Assembly (NCBI GenBank): GCA_965243595.1
Contig: OZ251569.1
Location: forward strand, 1,025,177 to 1,089,176
Source: Thermodesulfobacteriota bacterium
Lineage (GTDB): Bacteria; Desulfobacterota_D; UBA1144; Nemesobacterales; Nemesobacteraceae
DNA: 64,000 nucleotides
Direction: 5' to 3'
Shown: positions 28,413 through 38,788 of the stretch, one piece after another
How positions within the stretch are numbered: the stretch's first letter is position 1
Layout of the letters: each line of letters starts with the position of its first letter
Program-made: the position numbers and the translations under genes
Notes under the pieces: model-generated
What the model was told of the DNA's origin: nothing
The model's input: the letters and a program-made list of their open reading frames with translations, nothing else
The model's database searches: none

Positions 28413-29561
28413 TTGCGGAAATTTCCGGTCGCGCGTCCGGGAGGAGTCGAGTTGAGCAGAAAGAAAACCGTGGCGGTTCTTTTCGGAGGCATTTCGGTGG
28501 AGCACGAAGTGTCGCTCGTTTCCTCGAGATTCGTCGTCGAGAACCTGGATTCCTCGAAGTTCGACGTGCTTCCCGTCTTCATTTCCAAGGAAGGCGGGTG
28601 GCGGAGGGCTTCCGACGCCCGCGGGCCGGGGGACGAACCGCCCCCGCCGGCCCCGGATTCGCAGATCGTTCCCGTGCTTTCCTGCGACCCCCCGGGACGC
28701 TTCGCCGAGATAAGCGGGGGACGGGTGGGCGAAGTTTTCCGCGTGGACGTGATTTTTCCGGTTCTCCACGGAACCTTCGGCGAGGACGGAACCGTGCAGG
28801 GACTCGCCGACCTCATGGGCGTTCCGTGCGTGGGAGCGGACGTGCTGGGGTCGTCGCTCTGCATGGACAAGACGGTTTCGAAGATCATGCTCAGGCAAAG
28901 CGGCGTTCCCGTCGTCGATTTCCTGGGTTTCGAAAGGACCGAGTGGGAGAGGGACCCCGAACGGATGCTCTCCCGCGCGGAGGACGTCGCGGGGTTTCCG
29001 TGCTTCGTCAAGTCGGCCAACCTGGGATCGAGCGTCGGAGTCTCGAGGGCGGATTCGCCGGACGAGTTCGCGGGAGCCGTGCGGAGGGCCCTGGGCTTTT
29101 CGCGGAGGGTGATAGTCGAGCGCGCGGTCGCGAATCCGAGGGAGATAGAGGTGAGCGTCATCGGAAACCGCTACCCCAGGGCTTCGGTCGCCGGGGAACT
29201 CCTGCTCGGGGGAACCTTCTATGACTACGACACCAAGTACCGCAAGGGCTTTTCCGAGTTCGCCATTCCGTGCGAACTTGATCGCAAGACCCGGGAGCGG
29301 ATCGGGGAGCTTGCCCTGGCCTCGTATTCCGCCCTTCGCTGCAGCGGCATGGCCAGGGTGGATTTTCTCGTCGACGGGGACGCGGGCTCCGTCTTCGTGA
29401 GCGAGATAAACACCATTCCGGGCTTCACTCCGTCTAGCATGTACCCGAAGCTGTGGGAGGCGAGCGGACTCGGGGTCGCGCGGCTGCTCGAGACCCTGAT
29501 CTCGCTCGCCGAGGAGGAACACGGAGTCAGAAAAGGGCTTAGGACGGATTTTTCGGAATAG
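28413..29561 (+). CDS. ddl: D-alanine--D-alanine ligase
   Basis: KTVAVLFGGISVEHEVSL..., an ATP-grasp fold, and C-terminal EINTIPGFT. The true start may be the internal TTG or GTG near 28440. Confidence 0.9.
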   Translation: MRKFPVARPGGVELSRKKTVAVLFGGISVEHEVSLVSSRFVVENLDSSKFDVLPVFISKEGGWRRASDARGPGDEPPPPAPDSQIVPVLSCDPPGRFAEISGGRVGEVFRVDVIFPVLHGTFGEDGTVQGLADLMGVPCVGADVLGSSLCMDKTVSKIMLRQSGVPVVDFLGFERTEWERDPERMLSRAEDVAGFPCFVKSANLGSSVGVSRADSPDEFAGAVRRALGFSRRVIVERAVANPREIEVSVIGNRYPRASVAGELLLGGTFYDYDTKYRKGFSEFAIPCELDRKTRERIGELALASYSALRCSGMARVDFLVDGDAGSVFVSEINTIPGFTPSSMYPKLWEASGLGVARLLETLISLAEEEHGVRKGLRTDFSE

Positions 29562-29572
29562 CTCCCCCCGGA

Positions 29573-30511
29573 CTACTTGCCCAGGATGTCGTTTCTGCGT
29601 CCCCTGAAAAGCACCAGGAAGACCACTCCGGCAATTATCGACGCTCCTCCCAGCAGCTTGGTCGCCGACGGCAGGTCGTCGAAGAGGAAATGGGCGAAGA
29701 TCAGCACGAAGATCGATTCCATGGGCATGACGGCCGTGGTTCTCGAGACGTCGAGGAGCTTTATGGAATGGAACTGGCTCGCCTTGGCTATGTACGCCCC
29801 GCAGGCCCCTCCGCAGGCCATCGCCAGCGCCTGCCCGAGGCCGGGAGGCTCGAAGGTTCCCGTGACCGCCAGATAGACGAAAAGAACTATCGACACTCCC
29901 AGCGCCCTCAGGGTGGCCACCATGAGCATGTTGAGGTCCTGGGCTATCTTCTTCACCATGAAGGAGAGAAGGGAGTACAGCAGGGCCGAGAGAAGCGCCA
30001 TGGCGGTTCCGAATATCAGGTAGCCTTCCCTCTGGTAGGCGACGACCGCCCCGCCGGCTATCGTCATCGCTATTCCCGCGCTCTCCCACCTGTTCAGCCT
30101 CTCTCCCAGAAACGCCACGCCCAGCAGGAGGGCGAAAAGCGTCTGGGCCTTCATCAGAAAGGACGTGAGCGCGGGTCCTATGGTCCAAAGCGACACCATC
30201 CACAGCGCCGCTCCCGCCGAAGTCAACGCGGAGCTCCAGATGAATATGTCGCGGTACCTGCGGATCCTGCGGAGCTCCCTTCTCTGGGAGCGCAGGAAGG
30301 GAAACAGCGCGAGGGCCACCAGGAACGCCCCGAAGAACCAGAAGAACGTGGTCGTTTCGGGATGCAGGTCGCTTCGGTCCAGGGCCTTTCCTATCGCGTA
30401 GGAAAGCGCGGTGAAAAAGGCCGTGGCCACGAGAAACAGGTAGCCCCTCGCGGGAAGCCTCTCCTTTCCTCCCGATTCCTTCACGCCCGCCTCCGCGCGG
30501 CGTTTCCCCAT
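29573..30511 (-). CDS. EamA-family (DMT superfamily) transporter
   Basis: About 10 transmembrane helices with the two-EamA-domain pattern. The 507-aa ORF upstream is an Arg/Pro-rich extension, so the start is set at MGKRRAEAG and is uncertain. Confidence 0.7.
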   Translation of the reverse strand: MGKRRAEAGVKESGGKERLPARGYLFLVATAFFTALSYAIGKALDRSDLHPETTTFFWFFGAFLVALALFPFLRSQRRELRRIRRYRDIFIWSSALTSAGAALWMVSLWTIGPALTSFLMKAQTLFALLLGVAFLGERLNRWESAGIAMTIAGGAVVAYQREGYLIFGTAMALLSALLYSLLSFMVKKIAQDLNMLMVATLRALGVSIVLFVYLAVTGTFEPPGLGQALAMACGGACGAYIAKASQFHSIKLLDVSRTTAVMPMESIFVLIFAHFLFDDLPSATKLLGGASIIAGVVFLVLFRGRRNDILGK

Positions 30512-31494
30512 ATCCGCGCGAGCGCCGCTCCCGACACGTTGTGCCATACGCTGAAAATCGCCGCCGGAAGAGCCGAGAGGTGGCCGAAATGCAGAAGGGA
30601 GAGCGCGGCGGCGAGACCCGAGTTCTGCATTCCGACCTCTATCGATACGGTCCTGCAGGCGCTTTCCCCGAACCCCAGGACCCTGGCCAGGGCGTAGCCG
30701 CACCCGAGCCCGAGGAGGTTGTGGAGGACGACCGCGGCGAACAGGGACGTTCCCGCCGCGGCGAGCGACCCTGAGTTGAGCGCGACTATCGCGGCCACGA
30801 CCAGTATTATCGCCAGGGAGGAGAGGGAAGGAAGAAAGGGCAGCGCGGCCCGCGTTCTTTCGCCGAGCAGCGCTGCCGTGACGATTCCCAGGAAAACCGG
30901 CAGCAGCACTATCTGGAACGCCGAGACGAAAAGGGCCGCGACCGGAACGTCCACCCATCTGCCCGCGTAGGCGTACATCAGGGCCGGGAGGACGAGCGGA
31001 CACAGGAGGGTCGAAACCGCGGTCATGGTCACCGAAAGAGCCAGATCGCCCCTGGCCAGGTACGCGATCACGCTGGACGCCGTTCCCCCCGGGCACGAGC
31101 CCACCAGGATCACTCCCGCCGCCGCGAGCGGCTGCGCCCCGAAGGCCGAAGCGAGAACGAAGCCCAGAAGCGGCATGACGGCGTACTGCGCGGACACCCC
31201 GGCCAGGACCTTGGCCGGTTCGGACAGCACCCTCCTGAAATCGTCCGTTCCGAGAGTCGTTCCCATGGCGAACATTATCGCCGCCAGCATGGGCACTATG
31301 AGTCCGCCGAGCTTTTCGAAAGCCGCGGGACGCGCGTACGCCGCGGCGGAGAACAGGATTATCCAGAGGACGAAGAACCTGGTCACGAGACCCGCGAGAA
31401 AGGCCGCGGGGCCTCCCCGCCCGTCCGCCCCCGCGCTCCCGGCCCCCCGGTCCCCGGGACCGCCCGCCGCGGGAATCCTATCTCTTGGGCTCAA
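30481..31494 (-). CDS. Bile acid:sodium symporter (BASS/SBF) family transporter
   Basis: VMPLLGFVLA...GVILVGSCPGGTASSVIAYLARGDLALSVTMT matches the SBF signature region. Confidence 0.7.
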   Translation of the reverse strand: MSPRDRIPAAGGPGDRGAGSAGADGRGGPAAFLAGLVTRFFVLWIILFSAAAYARPAAFEKLGGLIVPMLAAIMFAMGTTLGTDDFRRVLSEPAKVLAGVSAQYAVMPLLGFVLASAFGAQPLAAAGVILVGSCPGGTASSVIAYLARGDLALSVTMTAVSTLLCPLVLPALMYAYAGRWVDVPVAALFVSAFQIVLLPVFLGIVTAALLGERTRAALPFLPSLSSLAIILVVAAIVALNSGSLAAAGTSLFAAVVLHNLLGLGCGYALARVLGFGESACRTVSIEVGMQNSGLAAALSLLHFGHLSALPAAIFSVWHNVSGAALARIWGNAARRRA

Positions 31495-31879
31495 CGCCTA
31501 TGGCTATTTTCGAGAAGCCGTTCGTTTTCGCGAGATCCATGGTCTTCACCACGGGACCGTGCATGGTCCGGGAATCCGCCCTGATTATTATCAGGGTGTC
31601 CTTGTTGGATATCTTCCTGAGCTCTCCCTCTATGGCTTCGGTGGAAGGCAGCATCCTGTCGTTGAAGTAGACCTTTCCGTCCCTGGAGATGTTTATGTTC
31701 ACGTCCTTCGCCTCCACTATCTCGCCGCTCGCCTTGGGGAGGTTCACCTTTATTCCGCTCGATATGGCGAAATTGAGGGTGAGGGCGAAGAAGATGAGGA
31801 GGTTGAAGACCACGTCCACCACGGGGGCCAGGTCTATTGCGGACTTCCTGTCGGAATCTGAGGGGTTTCTGAAATTCAT
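31478..31879 (-). CDS. exbD: ExbD/TolR-family biopolymer transport protein
   Basis: 133 aa. Single N-terminal transmembrane helix (IDLAPVVDVVFNLLIFF) and a periplasmic domain. The ATGA overlaps the upstream exbB/tolQ-like gene. Confidence 0.8.
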   Translation of the reverse strand: MNFRNPSDSDRKSAIDLAPVVDVVFNLLIFFALTLNFAISSGIKVNLPKASGEIVEAKDVNINISRDGKVYFNDRMLPSTEAIEGELRKISNKDTLIIIRADSRTMHGPVVKTMDLAKTNGFSKIAIGVEPKR

Positions 31880-32574
31880 CGGAATTTCTTTTCGGAAAAG
31901 ACTTCCAGGATCTTCTTTCCCTCGTTCTCGAGCGCGGTCACGAGTTCCCTGCACTTTCCTTCCGAATACTTGTAGGAGATGAGGGCCGGTATCGCCACGG
32001 TGAGTCCCAGGGCGGTCGTGTAGAGGGCCTCGGAAATGCCGCCCGCAAGCGACGGCGGATCCACTATGTCCTTTTCGGATATCACGGCGAACACCTTGAT
32101 CATGCCGGATATGGTGCCGAGAAGCCCGATCAGGGTGCTGATGCTGCTTATGGTCAGCAGGGTTTCGATGTACCTGCCCAGAACGTGCGCCTCGGCCTTG
32201 CCCGCGTCCTCTATCGCCTCCCTCATGCCGTCCCTGGACTTTCCCGAACTCGCGACGGCGGCCAGGGCTATTCTGGCCGCGGGGGAGTCGTGCGTCCGGC
32301 AGACCGATTCCGCCTCCCCGATGCCCTCGGTTTCCAGAGCCTCGTAGAAGCCCGAAACGAATTCGGGCGGAACGACTTTCCTGAGGCGCAGCGCGTGGAG
32401 CTTCTGCAGAAGGATCGCGAGACCCAGCACCGAACACAGGATCAGGGGATATATGTATATTCCGCCCTTGGCGAACAGATCGGCAATTGAGTCCACGGCA
32501 TCTCTCCTTGTTTCAGCGGTTTTCGTTTCCGGCCGCGCGTTCGGGGGTTTTCGGATTCCGAAGCGCAGAAGCAT
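31876..32574 (-). CDS. exbB: MotA/TolQ/ExbB-family proton-channel protein
   Basis: Three-transmembrane topology and GLLGTISGMIKVF...ISEALYTTALGLTVAIPA, typical of TolQ/ExbB. Confidence 0.8.
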   Translation of the reverse strand: MLLRFGIRKPPNARPETKTAETRRDAVDSIADLFAKGGIYIYPLILCSVLGLAILLQKLHALRLRKVVPPEFVSGFYEALETEGIGEAESVCRTHDSPAARIALAAVASSGKSRDGMREAIEDAGKAEAHVLGRYIETLLTISSISTLIGLLGTISGMIKVFAVISEKDIVDPPSLAGGISEALYTTALGLTVAIPALISYKYSEGKCRELVTALENEGKKILEVFSEKKFR

Positions 32575-32699
32575 TATAGAATAAATTTCGCCTTTGTCTA
32601 ATCGCGGGGAAGCCGCGGTTCCGCCGCCGTGGCCGCGCGATTGATTTACGGCCGCCTTTTCGGGTACATTTTCCCCGCGCCGGACCCGCGGAGCCCGAC

Positions 32700-33980
32700 A
32701 TGACGGAAGATTTTCACTATGCAGGGGGCGAACTTCACGTGGAGGGAGTGCCCGTAAGCGCCATATGCGAGCGGACGGGCACGCCCGTCTACGTCTACAG
32801 CCACGGTTCCATGCGGTCGAGCCTGCTCGACTACCGCGACGCCTTTTCGTCCCTCGACCCCCTGGTCTGCTATTCGGTCAAGGCCAACTCCAACGTCTCG
32901 GTGCTGAAGGTCTTCTCCGCCATGGGCTGCGGCTTCGACATCGTTTCGTCGGGAGAGCTCTCTAGGGTGCTCGCCGCGGGCGGAGACCCTTCGAAAACCG
33001 TGTTCTCCGGGGTCGGGAAGACCGAAAGGGAAATAGCGGACGCGATAGGCCGCGGGATACTGTTTTTCAACGTCGAGTCCGAGGCGGAGCTCGACAGGAT
33101 AAACGAAACGGCTCTCGCCATGGGGAAGAAGGCGCCCGTGGCCGTGAGGGTGAATCCCGACGTGAATCCCGACACCCATCCCTACATATCCACCGGCTTC
33201 GAGAAAAGCAAGTTCGGAATAGGCATCGAGAGAGCCGTGGAGGTCTACGAGAGGGCAGCCCGCATGAAGGGAATAGAGATAAGGGGAATCGACGCCCACA
33301 TAGGTTCCCAGATATTCGACCTCTCCTCCTTCTCCGAGTCCGTCTCCAAGCTCGTTTCCCTGGCCGACGGGCTTCGCGCCAGGGGAATGGATATCTCCCA
33401 CATAGACATGGGGGGAGGTCTCGCCATAAGCTACGAGGGCGGACAGGAGCCGCCTTCGAAGTCCGAGTACGCGGCCGTGTTCGAGCGCCACCTCCGGGGC
33501 ACGGGCTACGGGCTGGTGCTAGAGCCGGGAAGATCGATGGTGGGCAACGCGGGAATAATGGTCGCCAGGGTTCTTTACGTAAAGGAAGGGAGTTCGAAGA
33601 GGTTCGTGATAGTGGACGCGGCCATGAACGATCTTCTGAGGCCCGCGTTCTACGACTCCTACCACCGCATAGAGCCCGTGACCAGGGCGGATTCCCGGAC
33701 GTCGAGGACGGTGGACATAGTGGGTCCCGTGTGCGAATCCGGGGATTTTCTGGCCAGGGACAGGGATTTTCCCGAGGTCTCTTCGGGCGACCTGCTGGCG
33801 GTCTTCAGCGCGGGCGCCTACGGCTTCGTCATGTCTTCGAACTACAACGCGAGACCGAGGGCGGCGGAGGTGCTGGTAAGCGGGGAGAAGTACGCCGAGA
33901 TAAGAAGGAGGGAAAGTCTCGAGGACATGATGAGGGGGGAGAGCGTCGCGGAATTTCTCGCGGGCGCCGCGCCGACATGA
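32700..33980 (+). CDS. lysA: Diaminopimelate decarboxylase
   Basis: PLP-dependent fold-III decarboxylase with CYSVKANSNVSVLKVF and C-terminal CESGD. Confidence 0.9.
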   Translation: MTEDFHYAGGELHVEGVPVSAICERTGTPVYVYSHGSMRSSLLDYRDAFSSLDPLVCYSVKANSNVSVLKVFSAMGCGFDIVSSGELSRVLAAGGDPSKTVFSGVGKTEREIADAIGRGILFFNVESEAELDRINETALAMGKKAPVAVRVNPDVNPDTHPYISTGFEKSKFGIGIERAVEVYERAARMKGIEIRGIDAHIGSQIFDLSSFSESVSKLVSLADGLRARGMDISHIDMGGGLAISYEGGQEPPSKSEYAAVFERHLRGTGYGLVLEPGRSMVGNAGIMVARVLYVKEGSSKRFVIVDAAMNDLLRPAFYDSYHRIEPVTRADSRTSRTVDIVGPVCESGDFLARDRDFPEVSSGDLLAVFSAGAYGFVMSSNYNARPRAAEVLVSGEKYAEIRRRESLEDMMRGESVAEFLAGAAPT

Positions 33981-35935
33981 GCCGGGATTTCGGGGGAATC
34001 AGGGTGACGTCGTTTGAGAGCCGCCGCCGCGGGGAGATGGAAAAGCTCATTTCCTACCACGGCGGAATTCCCACCGTCGCTCCCTCCATGAGGGAGCTTC
34101 CCGATGCCGAAAGCCCCGGGGTCGGAGAGTTCGCCGAAAGCCTTTTCTCGGGCGCCGTGGACATGCTCGTTCTCATGACGGGGGTCGGCACCCGGATTCT
34201 CTCCGACGCGGTCGCCGCGAGCGCGGGAGATGAAAGATACGCGCAAGCACTGCGCTCCACGACGGTTCTGGCCAGGGGTCCGAAGCCCGTCGCCGCGCTC
34301 CGCCTCCTCGACCTGGAGCCGGACGTAACCGTCCCCGAACCCAACACGTGGAGAGACGTGCTCTCCACCCTGGACCGGAGGGAGACATCCCTCGAAGGCA
34401 AGGTCGTGTACGTGCAGGAATACGGGGTTCCCAACGACAGGTTTCTCGCGGAGCTCGAAAGACGGGGAGCCGACGCGAGAAGAATACCCGTCTACAGGTG
34501 GGGGCTGCCCGAGGACCTCGCCCCGCTTCGCCGCGCCATCGGGTCCATATCCGGCGACGGCCAGGACTGCCTTCTGTTCACAAGCTCCCGGCAGGTGCTC
34601 AATCTCATGAGCGTGGCCGAGGGAGAGGGGCTCGGCGGCAGGCTGCGGGAGGGAATGAAGAGGACTCTCATAGGCTCGATAGGTCCGACCACCACGGAAA
34701 CTCTGGGGGAGAACGGAATCTCCGTCGACTACGAGCCCGACAGTCCGAAGATGGGAAACCTGGTGAGGGAGACCGCGAGGAGGTCCGCGGCGCTTCTCGC
34801 GAAAAAGAGAACCGCTCTTCGGGCGGGGGTCGACACCTCCTCCTGGAGGCGCGCGGAGATGGTCTGGCCGGGGACGGGAGAGGAGGAGAGGAAGAGGAAA
34901 ACCGCCGCGGGCGCGTTCATGAAGGCATGTCGCCTCGAGAAGACCGACCACACTCCCGTCTGGCTCATGCGCCAGGCGGGAAGGTTTCTCAGGGAATACA
35001 GGGAGATTCGCTCCCGCGTCTCCTTCATGGAGCTTTGCAGGGACCCCGACGCGGCGGCGGAAGTCACGCTCATGGCGGTCGACCGCCTGGGCACCGACGC
35101 CGCCATCATCTTCTCGGACATACTTCTCATTTTCGAGCCCCTGGGAATTCCGCTCGAGTATTCGAGGATGGAAGGTCCGGTGATAAGCGGTCCCGTAAGG
35201 AGCAGAAAGCGCGTGGAGTCTCTCGGGGAATTTCATCCCGAGAGCATGGAGTTCGTCTACAGCGCCGTGCGCGCGACGAGAGCCGCGCTGGACCCCGAGG
35301 TCGCTCTCATAGGTTTTGCGGGAGGACCCTTCACCGTGGCTTCCTACGCGGTCGAGGGAGGGGCGTCGAAAAACTACGCGAACACCAAGAAGATCATGTA
35401 CGGCGACCCTTCCCTCTGGGCGGCGCTCATGGAGATTTTCTCGGACGCCGTATCGCGACATCTCCGCTCCCAGGTGGAGGCGGGGGCCGACGCCGTGCAG
35501 ATTTTCGACAGCTGGGCGGGGTGTCTCTGTCCGGCGGATTACGAAAGGTTCGTCTTTCCCCACGTGAAGAAGATAGTCTCGTCGCTTCCGCCCGGCGTTC
35601 CCGTCATACTGTTCGCCACCGCCGCCTCGTCCCTTCTGGAACTCATGGGCAGAACGGGGGCGGGAGTCATGGGCGTCGACTGGAGAACCGACATTCCCGC
35701 CGCCTGGCGGCTGGCGGGCGAGGGGCTCGCCGTCCAGGGAAACCTAGACCCCGTTTCGCTGCTCGCGGGCTCTTCCCACGTGGTCGCCCGGACAAGGGAG
35801 ATACTGGACGGCGTGGGCGGAAGACCGGGACACGTATTCAACCTGGGTCACGGGGTGCTGCCCCAGACTCCCGTCGACAACGTGCTTAGGCTGGTGGACG
35901 AGGTTCACGAGTACTCCGCGGGGAGAAGGAGGTAG
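33977..35935 (+). CDS. hemE: Bifunctional uroporphyrinogen-III synthase / uroporphyrinogen decarboxylase (HemD-HemE fusion)
   Basis: N-terminal ~250 aa are HemD-like (IRVTSFESRRRGEMEKLISYHGGIP...TLIGSIGPTTTETL). The C-terminal ~350 aa are HemE, with the PVWLMRQAGRFLREY signature. One continuous frame; the ATG overlaps the lysA stop. Confidence 0.8.
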   Translation: MSRDFGGIRVTSFESRRRGEMEKLISYHGGIPTVAPSMRELPDAESPGVGEFAESLFSGAVDMLVLMTGVGTRILSDAVAASAGDERYAQALRSTTVLARGPKPVAALRLLDLEPDVTVPEPNTWRDVLSTLDRRETSLEGKVVYVQEYGVPNDRFLAELERRGADARRIPVYRWGLPEDLAPLRRAIGSISGDGQDCLLFTSSRQVLNLMSVAEGEGLGGRLREGMKRTLIGSIGPTTTETLGENGISVDYEPDSPKMGNLVRETARRSAALLAKKRTALRAGVDTSSWRRAEMVWPGTGEEERKRKTAAGAFMKACRLEKTDHTPVWLMRQAGRFLREYREIRSRVSFMELCRDPDAAAEVTLMAVDRLGTDAAIIFSDILLIFEPLGIPLEYSRMEGPVISGPVRSRKRVESLGEFHPESMEFVYSAVRATRAALDPEVALIGFAGGPFTVASYAVEGGASKNYANTKKIMYGDPSLWAALMEIFSDAVSRHLRSQVEAGADAVQIFDSWAGCLCPADYERFVFPHVKKIVSSLPPGVPVILFATAASSLLELMGRTGAGVMGVDWRTDIPAAWRLAGEGLAVQGNLDPVSLLAGSSHVVARTREILDGVGGRPGHVFNLGHGVLPQTPVDNVLRLVDEVHEYSAGRRR

Positions 35936-35943
35936 GGCAGGGG

Positions 35944-36885
35944 ATGTCCGGAAAGTTCGACGCTGTGCTCATGATCGGATACGGCGCCCCGGAAAGAAGG
36001 GAGGATGTGGTTCCCTTTCTCCGCAGGGTCGCGGGACCGAGGCCCATACCCGAGGAGCGGCTCCGCGAAGTGGCTTCGCACTACGAGATGTTCGACGGAA
36101 AATCTCCGCTCAACGAATTTACCCGCAGGCAGGCCGCGAAGCTCGGGAAGTTCCTGGCGCGGAGGGGACGCGACCTTCCGGTCTACATAGGAATGAGAAA
36201 CTGGCGCCCGTTCATAAGGGACGAGCTCGAGCGCATGCGCCGGGACGGCGTGAGCAGGGCGGTCGGTCTCATAATGGCCATATACCGCTGCGACGCGAGC
36301 TGGGAGAGATACATGAGGGACGTGGCCGAGGCCCGCGACGACCTGGGAATGGAGCTTCGGGTCGAGTACGTCCCCCCGCTTTTCGACCATCCGCTTTTCG
36401 TGAAGACGTCGGCCGACAGGGTGAGGGAGAGCATGCGCAGGGTTCCTGCCCGGAATCTCGCCACCACCATGCTGGTCTTCACCGCTCACAGCATTCCGCG
36501 GGAAATGTCGGATTCGTCTCCCTACATGTCCCAGTTCGAGACCTCCGCGCGGCTCGTGGCGCGAAGCGCCGGATGCGAAAAATGGATGACGGCCTACCAG
36601 AGCGCGAGCGGCTCCGCGGGCGAGCGGTGGCTCGGGCCCGACATATGCGACGTCGTGAGGAAACTGGCGTCCGAGGGATTTACCGACGTGGTGGTTCAGC
36701 CGATCGGGTTTCTCTGCGATCATATCGAGGTGCTTTTCGACATAGGAGTCGAGGCGAGCGAGGCCGCGGGCGAAGCCGGAATCAGGCTTCACAGGGCGGA
36801 GACGGTGAACGACTCCGACGGCTACGTCGAGGCTCTCTGCGACGGCGTGCTCGGGATTGTGGATTCGCGAGGCTCCGGGCGGTGA
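35944..36885 (+). CDS. hemH: Ferrochelatase
   Basis: DAVLMIGYGAPE...FLRRV... N-terminus, 313 aa. It follows hemE and precedes hemY. Confidence 0.9.
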   Translation: MSGKFDAVLMIGYGAPERREDVVPFLRRVAGPRPIPEERLREVASHYEMFDGKSPLNEFTRRQAAKLGKFLARRGRDLPVYIGMRNWRPFIRDELERMRRDGVSRAVGLIMAIYRCDASWERYMRDVAEARDDLGMELRVEYVPPLFDHPLFVKTSADRVRESMRRVPARNLATTMLVFTAHSIPREMSDSSPYMSQFETSARLVARSAGCEKWMTAYQSASGSAGERWLGPDICDVVRKLASEGFTDVVVQPIGFLCDHIEVLFDIGVEASEAAGEAGIRLHRAETVNDSDGYVEALCDGVLGIVDSRGSGR

Positions 36886-37021
36886 CGGGACGGACCCGGA
36901 GCGGACAATGCTTCTGGAATTCAACCGCGAAGGCTCGCTTGTGAAAATCCGGTCGGATGAGTCTTGACGGGCTTCTTACGGCCCGAGGCGCAACGTTGAA
37001 GGGAAAGGCGGACGACCCGGT

Positions 37022-38452
37022 ATGAAAGTCGCGATTGTCGGAGCTGGCGTTTCGGGTCTGTCCTGCGCCCACTACATGAGGAAGTTTTTCAGAGATTCCT
37101 CCACTCCTCTCGAGCTGGTTCTTTTCGAATCCTCTGGGCGTGCGGGCGGAGTCTTCGATACCGTGAAGACGGGGGGCACGGTTCTCGAGCTGGGTCCCGA
37201 TTCCTTCATAACGTCCAAGCCCTGGGCCCTGGATCTCGCGAGGGATCTCGGTCTCGGGAATTCGCTTCTGGGGGTGGGAGACGGCCCCAGGACCACCTTC
37301 GTCTACAAGGGAGGGCGTCTCCGGCGGCTTCCCGAAGGTTTTTTCATCATGTCCCCTTCGAAACTTTTTCCCTTTCTGCGTTCCGGGCTTTTCAGCGTAC
37401 GGGCGAAACTCAGGGTTCTTCTCGAGCCCCTCGTCCCGCGCGGAGGCGGAGAAGACGAAAGCGTTTCCGGCTTTGTGACCAGAAGATTCGGAAAGGAAAT
37501 GTTCGACACCGTCGCCCAGCCCGTTCTGGGCGGAATCTACATGACCGACGCGGAAAAACTGAGCCTTGGCGCCACCATGCCGCAGTTTCTGGAGATGGAG
37601 AGGGACAAAGGAAGCGTTCTTACGAGTCTTCTTCGCAATCCTCCCACGTCCCGCGGGGAAAGCGGGGCCAGGTACGGACTTTTCCTGACGCCCGCCGGAG
37701 GAATGTCGGTCATTACGGAAAAACTTCTCGAGAGCGCCGCGTTCGCCAAGTGCCACTTCGGAACCCGGGTGTCGGCGGTCGCGGAATCGGAGGGAAAATG
37801 GCTGGTGGTCTCCGGCACGGGAACGCGGGAGGAGTTCGACGCCGTCGCGCTGGCCGTCCCGGCCGCCGCGGCCTCTTCGCTCCTCTCGGATGTCGCCCCG
37901 GACATCTCGCAGGGACTCTCCCGCATCGAATACTCCTCTTCGGTCGTCGCCAGTCTCGTTTTCGACGAGAGGGATTTTTCGGGTCTTCCCGACGGTTTCG
38001 GAATCATAGTTCCCTCGACCGAGGGAATGAACCTCGCGGCCTGTTCGCTCTACAGCAACAAGTTCCCCGCCAAGTGCGAAAGCGGCAAGGTGGTGGTGAG
38101 GGGTTTTCTCGGGGGCGAGGGCAATTCCGGCGTCGCGGACTGGAGCGACGAGAAAGTAGAGACCGTTCTGGGAGAGGAACTTCGCGGGATTTTCGGCGAC
38201 ACCAGGGCGGAGAAAATTATCGTGAAGAGGTATCCGGAATCGATGCCGCTTTTTCGCGTCGGCCACGCCCGCATCATGAGGGACATCATGGACGGATTCT
38301 CTCGGCGCGGGGGACTTTCTCTCTGCGGGGCGGCATGCCTCGGGGTCGGGATACCGGACTGCGTGCGGTCGGGAGAGTTGTCCGCCCGAAAGATTCACGC
38401 GGATTTGACCGGAGGCGGCGAGAGCGTCCATCCTTCGGGAAAATCATCATGA
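37022..38452 (+). CDS. hemY: FAD-dependent protoporphyrinogen/coproporphyrinogen oxidase (HemY/CgoX family)
   Basis: KVAIVGAGVSGLSCAHYM dinucleotide-binding motif; 476 aa. Confidence 0.85.
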   Translation: MKVAIVGAGVSGLSCAHYMRKFFRDSSTPLELVLFESSGRAGGVFDTVKTGGTVLELGPDSFITSKPWALDLARDLGLGNSLLGVGDGPRTTFVYKGGRLRRLPEGFFIMSPSKLFPFLRSGLFSVRAKLRVLLEPLVPRGGGEDESVSGFVTRRFGKEMFDTVAQPVLGGIYMTDAEKLSLGATMPQFLEMERDKGSVLTSLLRNPPTSRGESGARYGLFLTPAGGMSVITEKLLESAAFAKCHFGTRVSAVAESEGKWLVVSGTGTREEFDAVALAVPAAAASSLLSDVAPDISQGLSRIEYSSSVVASLVFDERDFSGLPDGFGIIVPSTEGMNLAACSLYSNKFPAKCESGKVVVRGFLGGEGNSGVADWSDEKVETVLGEELRGIFGDTRAEKIIVKRYPESMPLFRVGHARIMRDIMDGFSRRGGLSLCGAACLGVGIPDCVRSGELSARKIHADLTGGGESVHPSGKSS

Positions 38453-38700
38453 TTCTTAATCTTTGGCCGCTTTCGGAAGAGAGGCAACCGGTTTCCGCCG
38501 GGGAAATGAGTTTTTTCCTCCTTCGGACGCTCCGGCGGAGAGGGTCGGAACTACAGGGCCGGAAGTCGTTTGAACATGGGTATGGCGATTGAATGCTGGC
38601 GACGGGAACTTCGGGACAGCACCCCGAACACGAACTCCCGCTAGAGAACTCACCCGGCAGGATTTGAGCCGGTCCGTCCGGTTACGCTTTCGGCATTGCA
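38440..38700 (+). pseudogene. Remnant of a cassette 3' end (tail-coding region plus the conserved downstream sequence) directly after hemY
   Basis: 38450-38500 (CTTTGGCCGCTTTCGGAAGAGAGGCAACCGGTTTCCGCCGG) aligns to the FFGRFRKRGRRFPP-coding ends of the cassettes. 38500-38660 aligns to the conserved post-cassette sequence, including the degenerate autotransporter 3'-end remnant. Confidence 0.5.
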
Positions 38701-38788
38701 GAAACGGGTTTTTCTGCATCTTCGCGGGATGTTACACGCGGAATTTCTCTCGACGCCAAGGTTAAAATACGTTTGCGATTCCGCAAAT

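Noticed and set aside
33731-33976. N-terminal extension of the hemD-hemE ORF back to 33731, and similar upstream extensions of 29573..31096, 16911..17657 and 14520..15491
   Set aside because: These are in-frame read-throughs overlapping the preceding gene. Good start codons with overlap or adjacency to upstream stop codons sit at the downstream positions used.
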